Below, piece by piece: positions 30,273 through 42,297 of a DNA stretch of 64,000 nucleotides. Position 1 is the first letter of the stretch; the number at the start of each line of letters is the position of its first letter. Origin of the DNA: Phaeosaccion multiseriatum (Eukaryota > Protista > Ochrophyta, other classes); contig OZ218953.1 in assembly GCA_965112735.1 (NCBI GenBank), positions 930,001 through 994,000 on the forward strand, written 5' to 3'. A program made the translations under genes and the position numbers. The notes beneath the pieces were generated by a model. The model worked only from the letters and a program-made list of their open reading frames with translations, did not search any database and was not told the origin of the DNA.

Positions 30273-30362
30273 CTAGAGAGATAGAGAGATAGATGGGTAG
30301 AGAGAGACATGAGTGAGAGAGAGAGGGAGAGAGACAAAGAAAGAAAGAAAGAGAGAGAGAGA

Positions 30363-30396
<34 letters not shown>

Positions 30397-30694
30397 CAGA
30401 GAGAGGAAGAGCGCCATCTGTCGCGCCTCCGATGCATTAAGGGTAGGGTAGACAGGTAGGGGTAGGACTGAAGGGTAGGGTAGACAGGTAGGGGCAGGAA
30501 GGTGTGCGCCCACCCACTGCATACATCATTGGCCAGGGAAAGACCCTTGCTGTTATCGAATTCTCTATTTACGACATACTTCGACGTACGTATTACTACG
30601 TAATCGTACATACGATAGTATAGAGATGCTTACTGTAGCTGCTCTGTTGCTCTCAAAGGGGGGCGCCACACAGAGAGGTGGTGAGAAGAGCAGA

Positions 30695-30958
30695 CGCACA
30701 CACGCACATCCAAATTATCATCATTACGTAATCATTACCAAGTATTTGGATCAATCTGGACCCCCTCTGGAGAGTGTACGCACACACGCACATCCAAATT
30801 ATCATCATTACGTAATCATTACCAAGTATTTGGATCAATCTGGACCCCCTCTGGAGAGTGTACGCACACACGCACATCCAAATTATCATCATTACGTAAT
30901 CATTACCAAGTATTTGGATCAATCTGGACCCCCTCTGGAGAGTGTACGCACGCACGCA
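30695..30958. repeat. Perfect 84-bp tandem repeat x3, intergenic
   Basis: Units at ~30695, 30779, 30863. Confidence 0.92.
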
Positions 30959-31945
30959 CACACACGGGCCACACTGCACAATGCCGCCTCGGACGCTGCT
31001 GCCGCTGTATCACCAACTGCTACTGTTGCTGTTGCTGTATCACCAACTGCTACTGTTGCTGCACCACTGGTAGCTCTGGAGTAGGACAGGGCAGGGGCAG
31101 AGAGCGGTGAGGGCGACCCCCGAGGACGTGGGGCCTCAGTCCTGACACCTCTGACACCTCAGCCTCAGTCCTGACACCTCTGACACCTCAGCCTCCGCAA
31201 GGAAGTCAGCTTGGCCCGAAGCTGGCAACACACCCGTAGAGACGGTTGTTGTTGTTCCATCCCCATGTACTTGTAGTAGCAGCTGCGCACACCGGGCACA
31301 CCTGATGAGTTGCTGAGCAATCAAATCCTCGCCCTGCCCTATGTACATGGTTAGCCTAAGCAAAAGCAAACCCTCAGCTAAGAAGCTTATTGCCCGCAGT
31401 ACCTTCCATAGAAGCTCCATGTGATACCCGACAGGACCACACTGCACACAGCTGCACTGCACACAGCTGAGCCACACCCCCCCCTCCACGGCCTTGTGGT
31501 GTAAGGAAGGGCCTCAATTTGCCCCTCCACGGCCTTGTGGTGCAAGGAAGGGGCTCTAATTGCCTGAGTCAGGGCCTTACTGTTCGAGTCAGGCCTCCTC
31601 CCCCCCAAGAGCAGCAGCAGCAGCAGTAGCAGCAGAAGCAGCAGCAGTTGGTGATACAGTCGACAGTCGAGGGTGGAGAGGGCTGTTCTCCTCCCCTCCC
31701 TGCATGCTGACCGCTGCAGATGCTGCTGCTTGGCTCTGTGACACTGTTTCGGTTTCGGTCTTTCCACTCGCCGACCGCCGCGATACGGTATGGCAGGAAA
31801 GACAAAAATAGGCGAAGGTTTGGCCCAGCCGTAAGCAGGCCCAGCCGTAAGCAGGCCCAGCCGTAGGCAGGCCCAGCCGTAGGCACTGATTGGCTGAGTG
31901 GTGATTTGCACTACGTCATTGATGTCGTGTGCGCCCCTCCCTCCC

Positions 31946-32080
31946 CCCCCCATGTGGTCATACCCCCCCATGTGGTCATACCCCCCCATGTGGCCATACC
32001 CCCCCATGTGGTCATACCCCCCCGTGTGGTCATACCCCCCCGTGTGGTCATACCCCCCCGTGTGGTCATACCCCCCCGTG
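31946..32080. repeat. 18-bp tandem repeat x7 containing the VPS26C stop codon
   Basis: CCCC(A/G)TGTGGTCATACCC array. Confidence 0.9.
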
Positions 32081-35000
32081 GGGTCCGTCGTTTTCCCTAT
32101 ATAAGAGGACGGGAAAGTTCTCGCTGATGACGCACCCCGTGCCGAACACGATGATGAGATTGAGCTCAAACTCAACCTGCTCAGAGGGAGAGCAGCAGGC
32201 ACGCAGGCAGGCAGGGAGGCAGGCAGGGAGGCAGGGAGGGAGGACGGGAGGGAGTGTGCGTGTGCGAGTGAAGTGTGACAATGAGTGTGTGTGATAGAAA
32301 CAGTGTGTGTGTGTGTGAGGGAGCGAGGGAGTGAGTGAGTGAGAGAGTGAGTGAGTGAGTGAGTGAGAGAGAGTGTGTGAGGGAGGGGAGGAGGAGAGGT
32401 ATGTGAGCAGCTGCTGGAGCTTGTCGATGTCGTCATCGGTGTCTATATTGCTAGTCAAGGTCAATAAACTGAACATGAAACTGAACATAAAACTGAAACC
32501 CAAACTCTCACCTTGAACCTGGGTGTAACCATGGTAGGGCAGCTAAAAAGCCGGGGGAATATCATGTAGATAGGGATTGCGAGCCCTCGGCATACATCTC
32601 CGTCGCCAATCTGTGAGTGAAGTGGGGGGGGGGGGGGGATGACGAGGGGGGGAGAGGGGGGCACGGAGGGAGGGAGTGAGGGAGGAGAGAAAGAGCGAGG
32701 AAGAGATGGAGGGAGGAGAGAGACAGACAGACGAAGAGAGGAAGGGTTGGTCACCTGCTGCTTCCCTCACTCCTTTCCTCCGCCTCCTCCCCTCCTTCCC
32801 TCCTACACGCACATACGTTAATACGTACGTAATGCCCTCCTTTTCTAACCTGCAAGTTTTGTATCTCGGTGCTCTCTCTGAGGAAGTCTCTGTTTTGCTC
32901 CACCGCCTCCACCCTCACCAGTTGCACCTCCACAGACTTCACAGGGGCGTCGGAGTGTTCCACAGTTACCTGTATCGCATAGAGGGGTATATTTATTGAC
33001 ATAGAGGGGTGGAGGTGGAGGGGAGGGGAGGGGAGGGGAGAGGGAGAGGGAGAGGGAAGGGAGAGGGGGAGAGAGGGGGAGGGGGGGAGGGGGGGAGGGG
33101 CAATGGGAGGGATGCAGAGATGGAGAAGAGAGATTAAGAATTCCTGTCTATCCTTTGTCCCCCCTCCCCCCTTTCTCCTCGTCTCCTCTCTCTCTCTCTC
33201 TCTCCCCCTCTCTCTCCCTCTCCCTGTCTCCCTCCCCCCCCCCCCCCTCTCTCTTTCTGTGTGGGCACATTTTTTTTGTTTTGTATGTATGTATGTATGT
33301 ATTCTCACCTCCCCTGTGAGTGGAGCGTTGATGGGACAGCTCCCTCTATGAAGCTTCCCTGTGATCCGAAACGGCAAAATCCGCTTGCGATACCTCTCGC
33401 GCTGTTCCACTTGGGCCACCTCGTGGGTGATGACGAAGGGGACAGGGGAGGGGTTCATGGGGATCCTGAGAGGGGCGGGGGAGCAGAGGAGGGGGGCGGG
33501 ATGGGGTAGGAGGAAGTGAGGGGAGGGGCGGGGGTGGGGGAGCTTCAATGGGGTGGGAGGGAGGGGTGGGATGGATGATGCTGAAACTTGCCTTCTGGGC
33601 ACCTCAACGACCAAGTCGAGCTCCCTCTACCCCCCTGCAAGCCCTTGCCATCAACTGCCATCCTCTACCATCCCATCCCCTGCCATCCTCTGTCATCCAC
33701 TGCCATCCATCCCCTGCCTTGCACTGCCATCCCCTGCCATCCCTCTACCTTCTGGGCACCTCCACCACGAACTCGAGCTCCCTGTGTACGTCTCCCCTGA
33801 ACACCCCTCGCTCGATGGTCAGACCAATAATGTAACCGACGTTCAGGTACACGCCATGGTAGGACTGGAGGGGGAGGGGGAGGAGGATGGGCGGGTAACA
33901 GCGACTTAGCGACACATCGATATAGCGATGACAGTTGAGTTGCCATTCCTGCCCGAGTCCCATTCTGGCCCATCGATCATATTGATCGCCCCCCCCTGCC
34001 TGCCCGAGCGACCGACTGACCTCATGGAGCGTTGCCTCTCCAATACCCCGTACCGGAAACTCGAAGGGGATCTCTGTCTTTCCCTGCGGAAAGCTGCCAT
34101 GGATGACGAGAAATATTCGAAACAAATCGTAGGAGAGAACGGAGCAACCAGCGAGCGAGTCAGCAAGAGAGAGTGAGAGAGTGAGAGAGAGTGAGAGTGT
34201 GTGTTTGTGGGGTAGACACACAGAGCAGCGACGCCGCCCATCGCAAGGCCACACGAACGTGCGTCAGAGCAAAGCAGAGCAGAGCAGGGGCACGAGTGCA
34301 CCACACCAACCAATCAAACAGCCGACAGGAGATAAGGAAGAACAACCAATCAACAGCCGACAGGAGATAAGGAAGAACAACCAATCAACAGCCGACAGGA
34401 GATAAGGAAGAACAACCAATCAAACAGCCGACAGGAGATAAGGAAGAACAACCAATCAACAGCCGACAGGAGATAAGGAAGAACAACCAATCAAACAGCC
34501 GACAGGAGATAAGGAAGAACAGCCAATCAAACAGCCGACGGGAGATAAGGAAGAACAACCAATCAAACAGCCGACAGGAGATAAGGAAGAACAACCAATC
34601 AACAGCCGACAGGAGATAAGGAAGAACAACCAATCAAACAGCCGACAGGAGATAAGGAAGAACTACGAATCAACAGCCGACAGGAGATAAGGAAGAACAA
34701 CCAATCAACAGCCGACAGGAGATAAGGAAGAACAACCAATCAAACAGCCGACAGGAGATAAGGAAGAACAACCAATCAACAGCCGACAGGAGATAAGGAA
34801 GAACAACCAATCAAACAGCCGACAGGAGATAAGGAAGAACAGCCAATCAAACAGCCGACGGGAGATAAGGAAGAACAACCAATCAAACAGCCGACAGGAG
34901 ATAAGGAAGAACAACCAATCAACAGCCGACAGGAGATAAGGAAGAACAACCAATCAAACAGCCGACAGGAGATAAGGAAGAACAACCAATCAAACAGCCG

Positions 35001-35838
35001 ACAGGAGATAAGGAAGAACAACCAATTAACAGCTGACAGGAGGTTAGGAAGCTGCGGTAGCATGCACCACACCAACCAATTAACAGCTGACAGGAGGTTA
35101 GGAAGCTGCGGCAGCACCGATATCTCGTGCTGCAGTCGCTACTGCTGCTGCTGACCTGCCTGCCCCGCCCACGTTGACGGTTTCGTGCAGGAGCTCCAGC
35201 GGCTTGTTGCTCTCCCCGAACAGGCCGCGGTTGCCCGGAGTATCCACCATTCGTACGTGACCGGCAGCCTACACAGAGCAGCAGAGCAGAGCGAGCAGTA
35301 GAGGAGCAGAGAAGTATAACACACACACACACAGAGAGAGAGAGAGAGGGAGGAGTAGAACAGCAGAATAGCATGGGGTGGGGGGACTTTGGTGTTGCGA
35401 GAGAGCAGGTAGGGGGGGTGTTCGTGCTATGTGCTTGGGTGGGTCGGGCTGATGCCAGAGGGGCTGATGCCCGAGGGAGGGGGGGGGGGAGCATGGGATA
35501 CACAGCGTTCGCGTTTTCGGATGAGCGAGGAGACAAATATGCATGCCCCTTGCGGCGTAGACGTTACCTATACCTTCAAGAATATGTTCTTGTAGTCCCA
35601 TCCTTCCGTGGTCACGACCACGATGGTCCCTTCAACGATTTCCTGTCCGGCCAGCGCAGTGCACACAGAGGGTAAGAAAGGCGCGGACAGGTCTTCAGAA
35701 GTAGCCGCGGCTACCTAACTAAAGCGCCAACACCGAAGAATTGGTTTCTTAGTAACCCACCTTTACACGGTAGGTTTTGTCCAGTCGCTTGAGCCTTATC
35801 GCGATGGTGGCGGACTCAACTGGGTCGCTGAACATCAT
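32066..35838 (-). CDS. VPS26C: VPS26C/DSCR3 (Retriever complex subunit), 9 exons
   Basis: Exons 35838-35761, 35642-35574, 35268-35156, 34093-34021, 33864-33749, 33465-33309, 32969-32850, 32610-32512, 32176-32066. Motifs GKTEIPFEF, LHESYHGVY, SVEVQLVRVE, TEIQNLQIGDGDVCRGLAIPIYMIFPRLFSCPT, ENFPVLLYR. Confidence 0.92.
34305..35112. repeat. Intronic 35/36-bp minisatellite (~20 copies) with ~320-bp higher-order duplication
   Basis: ACCAATCA(A)ACAGCCGACAGGAGATAAGGAAGAACA; identical ORFs at 34385 and 34705 show the 320-bp period. Confidence 0.92.
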
Positions 35839-36360
35839 CCACAAGAACACAACAGAGGGCTTGATCGACGACTCTATTCCTCCTAGCCACCTCCTCCGAC
35901 CGCCCCCCCTTCGGTAGCTGACGCCGCGTCGATATACCCTCCCATCCACCGCGAAGTGAGCACTCCTCGGCCCGTGAACGTGAACGTGAAATCGAGATGT
36001 TGCCGTGTTGGAATACGGGACCCAAGTCACAGATCCGGCCAAAGCATGCTGGTGGCTTTAATTGCGTTGAATCAGCGCTTTCGCTCCCTCCCGCGTAGCT
36101 GAGCTGAAGAGAGGTACGACCGTGAACAGGACGCTGTTGGGTTTACTTGAGTCTCTGTTGCGCTGTCTCCGCCTTCCATACCCTCATCGGCGCTGAAGAG
36201 CACAAGGAGCGGAACAGGAGTCGATGTTGCTCGGAGGGAAGGGAATCAGCGCGCCCAGGTGGCCCTAAACAATCGCCCCTCCCCTAAGAAGCCTCTGTTC
36301 TGGAGCACGTGAGGGGGGGGTAGAAACCGAGAGGGGAGGAGAGGAGAAGGAGGGCGAGAA

Positions 36361-37292
36361 ATGAATGGGAAAGAGAAAAAGGAAGAAGAGGTGAAAGGAG
36401 AGGCTGAAGCGACATCAAAAGTCAGGCTGGCAGGCGAACCACCAGCAGCTTTAGATGGCACGGCGAAGGAAGTCGAGACTCCACCAGATCCAACTTACGT
36501 CAACGAAGGTAAGTGTCCCCTTCCCGCAGTTTTTGCACCCCAGCTAGACTGGCGACACTTGTCGCTCGTCGAACCCTCTTACACCCCCCCCCCTCTCCCC
36601 CATCTCCTCTCTGCCGTAAACCCTTTCCCTTGTATGGCCTGCGTTGAAAGGTCTGGTGAGGTGGGAACGGGACAGGGCCGAGTGGCTGGACTTGCCGAAC
36701 AAAAGCAAGCGGAAAGCACAGCGCGAGGCTGAGGAGGGGAAAGATGCGCCGCCAGTAACGTAAGTTCGTCATGCGGTTAAGCATATGGGATTAGCGTAGC
36801 ATCCTTGCAGCATAAGAGGAAGAGAGAGAGAGAGAGAGAGAGAGTTGGCTCGTCATTTTTGCCCATTTCAACACCGTCCCAGCGGCCCTGCGGGGGCTTG
36901 TCCACCGTAGCATCCCCCCCCCCCCCCACCTACCTGCAGCCTGCTATTGGATCTTCTCACCCTTTGGCTCTGTCCCTCCCCTCCCCTCCTTCCCACCACC
37001 CCTTCACTCTGCCCCTCCCCTCCCCTCCCCCCCGTCCCACTTTCCCGGGTCTCCCCCCTTTCCATCAATCAAATCAATCCATTTCTCCATATTCCGCAAA
37101 CTGCAAACTGTCTCTCTCCGCGCTGCACTCTTGTGAATTGGCAGTGCCAAATCGATGGACGTGGACCTCGTGATTGACAGCATTTTCTCTAGCCAAACCG
37201 AGCCCCTGGGGCTGCTTCCCCATGCCGTGCCTCTGCCTCAAATGATTGACGTCCTCACTGATCTATGGGAGGCAGAGGGTTTGTTCATTTGA
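36361..37292 (+). CDS. DUF4050 / Gag1-like clamp domain protein, 3 exons
   Basis: Exons 36361-36508, 36651-36759, 37145-37292 give YVNEGLVRWERDRAEW...VPLPQMIDVLTDLWEAEGL*, the two conserved DUF4050 blocks. Confidence 0.8.
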
Positions 37293-38901
37293 CTGGTCGT
37301 GGGCTGCATTGAAGACAGATCAGCTGAGTGGGGTTGCCCTTTCAACCCAACCGAGATGAGAAGGAGGAACAAGGCCGACGAGGAGAAGGAAGAAGGGGGA
37401 TACGCGAGATCAGAGACCGGCAAGTAGAAACACTCACACTCCTCAGAGGACGGATGGATGATGCTGAAGAGTCCCGAGGAGCAGCAAAGCGAGCGAGGCT
37501 GGGGGGTATCCAATCTGCGGACAGGGGCGAATCAGGGCACACTCAAAAGACATGACGCAAGACGCTTCGCACACCACCGCCTGGACACGCGGCGAATGCC
37601 CATCTGTTCCGGTTCGTGTTGGTTCTTCGGATCACAGCTGGCTTGTTGGGGGTGGCTCTGCTATACTGTGACTCTGCTGCGCGTGTACACAAAAGGAAGA
37701 CTGGTGGCGACGCGTGTATGTTACGTATGTGCGTATGTGTGTGCGTGTGTGCGTGTGTGTGTGTGTGCCCTCCGCGAGGAAGCACAAGACAATGCAGGAC
37801 AGAGGACACAGCCGTTTACTGTCTGTCCTTCCAGCAAGTCGCCACGGCAGAGTCAGCCCACCGACCCATCCATACGGGCAGAGGTGACCTCCAGCCAGGA
37901 GGAGGAGGAGGAGGACGAGGAGAAGACCCAGCACAAGCGCCAGCACCACCGCGGGCACCAGCAGAAGCAGAAGCAGAAGCAGAAGGAGCATAGTAGTGGA
38001 AGCAGCGGCTCCTGCTTGCGTCAAGTGTGTACATGGCAGGCGATGCACATTGGCGGCGGTGAGTGCCCTTCCTCCCTACATGTCTACATGTGTCGGAGAG
38101 GAGAGAACTGAAACTACCTACCCACCTCCTATCACGAGAGCGAGGTGGGGCGTCAGTCAATGAAGGTAGGGAGAAGGCCACATTCCACACTCTCCGCCTT
38201 CCTTGGCCTATGCTTGTGCCAGGAGGGCGCCAGGCTCCCCTCCGTTTGAGTCCGCAGACCATGCACCATGGCACCACGGAATGGGGCGTGACACCACGGA
38301 ACCGGGCGTGCGATAGCATTTTGGCCTTCCTTCCTCCCTTCGTTCCTTCCTTCCCTTGGATTGTTTGTCCCTCTTTAGCGATTCATTTATTCACAAAGGA
38401 GGGCACAAATTTGGCGTTCCTAGGAGGGAGAAGAACGTGCTGCGACGCATGCGCAGTAGGATAGGATAGGATAGGGAGGAGAGGACAGGACAAGAGAGGA
38501 GAAGAAAGGAAAGGAAAGCATGGAGTTGGATTGCTGTGGGTGGGAAGGGAAGGAGGGAGAGAGAGGGACTACTGCGCGAAAGGACTGATGATTGTTCGGT
38601 GTAGTTCAATTCAGTCACCGTAACATCCGTTACATCCACCTAAACCCAGAAATACATCCATCCGCAAGGAATAGAATGAAGTACAGAAGCACAGTGTCTC
38701 TCCTCTAAATCAATCATAAAGAGAGGCAGGTGTTGGTGTTTATTAGTAGAGGAAGCGGGGAAAAAGGAAAAAACATCCCAATCCATCAGGTGCCAGCTGG
38801 CATACTTCGCAGTACTTCGAACTGAAGCCGATTTTTCCTCCCCCCCCCCGCCCCCCCTGATACATGCAAGCACCGAAGCGGAAATGATGTTCGCTCGCTC
38901 T

Positions 38902-41712
38902 CTAAGCGCGACGGAGCAGAATGCGACCGTCGTTGGTGTCCACCCCCGTGGCGAGGAGCCCGAGGTCATCATTGAGGAAGGCCAGCACCGCAGGCTTGAG
39001 TACGCTGACGCCATCCACGCTGCCCCTTCCCCGTCCCGTGATGACTGTGACGTCACTCTCCCACGCCTCTTCCTCGGCGAAGATGGCATGGCAGAGGGCG
39101 ACTTTGGAGGTGGCCTCGGTGAAGCCGTGTAAGTCAATGACCTTGCCCCTCTGCCCCTCGGCCCAGTGGGCGAGTACCCCTCCTTCCAGGGCCTCGGCAT
39201 ACAGCGCTCCTGCAGGCGTCGAAGAAAGCGAATAACAAGAAGACGAAGAAGACGACGACGGCGACGACGATGACGAAGACAAAGGCGACGACAAAGCCGC
39301 CTCTTCCTCCTCCTCTGTCCCCTCCTCCCCCTCCTGGCACGACAGGAGTGCCTCGATGGCCACCGAGAAGACAGCTTTATCCGGCGGTTCCAATAGACCC
39401 TCCTTCGCTCGTGCCTTCATCTGCCGCCACACGTCCAGAATGGCCCCACCTTGACCCGCCTTGCCCAGCACAGCAATAACCGCACCGTAGGTGACGAGGT
39501 CGAGCTCCACCCCATCCTTCCGCATGTCCCCCACCAGACCCGTCACAAGACTCAGTCGACTTCTCGCAGATGATGAGTCAGAGGCAGAGGCAGAGGCAGA
39601 GGCAGAGGCAGAGGCAGAGGCAGAGGCTGGTGCACAAGAACCCCCCTCCTCGCCCTCCTTCTCTGCTGACCGGCCTGCCGCGGCGATGAGAGCGCTGTAG
39701 CTCTTGCCGTCCGGTGCCATCCCATCCTCGCGCATCCACGCCACCACTTGCATTGCCTTGCTAAACTCTCCGGCCCTGCCACATGCAGTAATCGCAGAGT
39801 TGTAGGCCGAGGGATTGGGCTCGGCGCCAGGACCATCCGGACCATCTGGACTACCTGGACTACCTTTACCGCGACGAGAGAGAGAGAGATCCTTGCGCAT
39901 CCCCCTCAACACAGTCAGGGCCTTGTCTGTCTTGCCCGCCTTGCCCAGGGAGTCGATTAGAATCGTGTAGGTGACCGCATCGGGTCGTAAGCCTTGGTCC
40001 TTCATGTCACCTAACAGCCCGAGCACTGTTTGGTACTGTCCTGCTGCTGCGCACGAGCTGAGAATGGAGTTGAAGGTGTAAAGATTTGGCGCGAGGCCTC
40101 TCTCGTCGCGCATCTCCTTCAGCAAAGCCAAGGCCCGCTGGTACTCGCCCTGCCTGCCACACGCAGCGATGACCGCACTGTAGCTGCGAACGTCGGGCTC
40201 CACACCCTGATTCAACATGTCACGCAAAAGCTCCACGGCTCTTTCGTGCTGCCCCGCCTTCCCATACGCGTCCAGTAACGCATTGTAACTGTAGGCGTTG
40301 GGAGAGAGACCTTCCCTGCCCATGCCCAATAAGAGACTCATGGCCACCTCGTACTGCTTTGATCTTCCCGCCGCGGTGATCAAGGTGGAGTACGTCTTGA
40401 CATCCGGGGAAAGCCCACACCGCTTCATCTCCTCCAACAACACCAGAGCCTCTTTGAGTTCGCCCACCTGTGCACAGGCCGTGATGGTCGCATTGTAGCT
40501 AATGACATTCGGAGTGAGCCCGTCTCTTCGCATCTCACCCAGCATGGCGATGGCTCGCTCGTACTGGCCGGCCTTGCCACAAGCAGTGATCAGGGTCGTG
40601 TAGGTGACCAATGTAGGGCGGATGCCTTGCCTGGTCATCTTGTCGAAGCACTCCATCGCCTTGTCGTACTGCCCTGCCTTGCTGTAGGCGGAGATTAGGG
40701 CCGTGAAGCTCACGGCGTTGGGCTCCAACCCTTCCCCCTGCATCTCTAATAAGAGCTCCATCGCTCTCTCGTATTGACCGGCCCTCCCCGCCGCGGTAAT
40801 CAAGATGCTGTACGTCTTGACGTTTGGGGTCAGCTTCCCCTGCTCCCTCATCTCTCTGAACACATACATGGCCTTGTCGAACTGCCCTGCGTTGCCACAA
40901 GTGGTGAAGACGGAGTTAAACGTGACGATATCGGGGGCAATGTTGCTGGCCTTCATCTCAGCGAGGAGGGAGAGGGCGCTGCTCCACTGCCCGCAGCGAC
41001 CCATGGCAGAGATGGCCGCGCTGTAGATGATGGCGTTCAAAGGCAGTCCAGACTTCTTCGCCTCCCCCAGAGCTGTGACAACGCCCGACCCGTTCCTCAC
41101 CTCCCCAAGGCGCTGCACTCTGCGCATCAGGTCGATCTGCCTCTGTCTCACGCCCACTCCGCCTCCTCCACGACCTCCCGCCCCTCCTCGTCCGCCGTAG
41201 CTGCTCCTGCCACCGCCGCCGCGGCCGCCGCTGCTGCTGCTTCTTCCTCCCGCCCCCCCCCCCCGGCCTCGACCTCGTCCTCCACTCCCTTGCTCAGCGG
41301 GAAGAAGGGACCTCACACTTCTCGCCCCCTGCAAGCCTTGCCCGGAATTGCGAGCAGCCCCAGCAGCAGCAACCTCCCGTTGTCGCGGGGCAGACTCTAA
41401 GTCAGTCCTGAACCTCTGCCTCTCCTTCGGCTGCTGCAGTGGCTGCTGCTGCTTCCGCAACGCTAGGTGCTGAAGCACAAAGCCGGGGACACGCCGAGTG
41501 AGCTGAGTCCTAGATGAATCAGGTTGACGTGGGAAGTTTCCACCGGTCCTGTGTTCCCCATACGGCCGAGCGGCCTCCGAGGCTGCACCTGAGAGAGCAC
41601 AAGCCCCTGAGATGTACGCTATCCTTCTCTTGCGGCCCATACCTTTTCCCTTTATCGACATTCGCTGACGCGGGAAAACCACATCCCCTTTCGGAAACCC
41701 TCGGAAATGCAC
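38902..41712 (-). CDS. Intronless P-class PPR-SMR protein #2
   Basis: About 13-14 diverged PPR motifs; C-terminal IDLHGFT...VITGRGRGSVDGVSVLKP. Paralogous to 6919-9243. Start codon uncertain. Confidence 0.92.
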   Translation of the reverse strand: MHFRGFPKGDVVFPRQRMSIKGKGMGRKRRIAYISGACALSGAASEAARPYGEHRTGGNFPRQPDSSRTQLTRRVPGFVLQHLALRKQQQPLQQPKERQRFRTDLESAPRQREVAAAGAARNSGQGLQGARSVRSLLPAEQGSGGRGRGRGGGAGGRSSSSGGRGGGGRSSYGGRGGAGGRGGGGVGVRQRQIDLMRRVQRLGEVRNGSGVVTALGEAKKSGLPLNAIIYSAAISAMGRCGQWSSALSLLAEMKASNIAPDIVTFNSVFTTCGNAGQFDKAMYVFREMREQGKLTPNVKTYSILITAAGRAGQYERAMELLLEMQGEGLEPNAVSFTALISAYSKAGQYDKAMECFDKMTRQGIRPTLVTYTTLITACGKAGQYERAIAMLGEMRRDGLTPNVISYNATITACAQVGELKEALVLLEEMKRCGLSPDVKTYSTLITAAGRSKQYEVAMSLLLGMGREGLSPNAYSYNALLDAYGKAGQHERAVELLRDMLNQGVEPDVRSYSAVIAACGRQGEYQRALALLKEMRDERGLAPNLYTFNSILSSCAAAGQYQTVLGLLGDMKDQGLRPDAVTYTILIDSLGKAGKTDKALTVLRGMRKDLSLSRRGKGSPGSPDGPDGPGAEPNPSAYNSAITACGRAGEFSKAMQVVAWMREDGMAPDGKSYSALIAAAGRSAEKEGEEGGSCAPASASASASASASASASDSSSARSRLSLVTGLVGDMRKDGVELDLVTYGAVIAVLGKAGQGGAILDVWRQMKARAKEGLLEPPDKAVFSVAIEALLSCQEGEEGTEEEEEAALSSPLSSSSSSPSSSSSSSCYSLSSTPAGALYAEALEGGVLAHWAEGQRGKVIDLHGFTEATSKVALCHAIFAEEEAWESDVTVITGRGRGSVDGVSVLKPAVLAFLNDDLGLLATGVDTNDGRILLRRA

Positions 41713-41727
41713 CAGCCATCCTCATTT

Positions 41728-42014
41728 TCGGCCCTGGAAGAGGTTATCAGATTACTGATTACGGCCGGCGCAGCCGGCCTGATTACTGATTACTGCCGGC
41801 GCCAGCCGGCCTGATTACTGATTATGGCGCCAGCCGGGCCTGATTACTGATTATGGCCGGCGCCAGCCGGGTCTGATTACTGATTATGACCGGCGCCAGC
41901 CGGCCTGATTACTGATTATGACGGGCGCTAGCCGGCCTGATTACTGATTATTGGCGCCAGCCGGCCTGATTACTGATTATGGTCGGCGAATACTGTAACC
42001 TCTTCCAGGGCCGA
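41728..42014. mobile_element. MITE, 287 bp, perfect 19-bp TIR, 6-bp TSD TCATTT
   Basis: TCGGCCCTGGAAGAGGTTA (41728-41746) and its reverse complement (41996-42014). TCATTT at 41722-41727 and 42015-42020. Internal ~30-bp GATTACTGATTA/GCCGGCGCCAGCCGG arrays. Confidence 0.9.
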
Positions 42015-42185
42015 TCATTTCCTTCCTTCTTTATTGCTTTTGTTGAGTCTTTTTGTTAGGCCACCCCCCCTTTCCCCTTAGGCTGGCTTTGGGGTTGCTG
42101 TTACCTTGTCCGTGTGTCTAGTTCCATCCTATCTGTAGGCGACAGCGCATGTAGGTTTACGTGCGCATGTCGTTTTACAAAATTG

Positions 42186-42297
42186 TCAACCCCTGATGCA
42201 CTATGGCCCACATTCTCGATAGCGCGCTATCGGGCCGTGGATAGCGGATCGGCTAGCGCCGGCGATAGCGGATAGCGGATAGTGCATCAGGGGTTGA
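42186..42297. mobile_element. Short MITE (112 bp) related to 9595-9901, perfect 19-bp TIR, no TSD seen
   Basis: TCAACCCCTGATGCACTAT...ATAGTGCATCAGGGGTTGA; shares CACATTCTCGATAGCGCGCTATCG and GATAGCG arrays with the 9595 element. Confidence 0.85.

Noticed and set aside
34305-35112. CRISPR-like 36-bp repeats
   Set aside because: No unique spacers; head-to-tail minisatellite in a eukaryotic intron.
37300-38860. Additional gene between DUF4050 and PPR-SMR #2
   Set aside because: Only low-complexity ORFs; probably UTR or intergenic.
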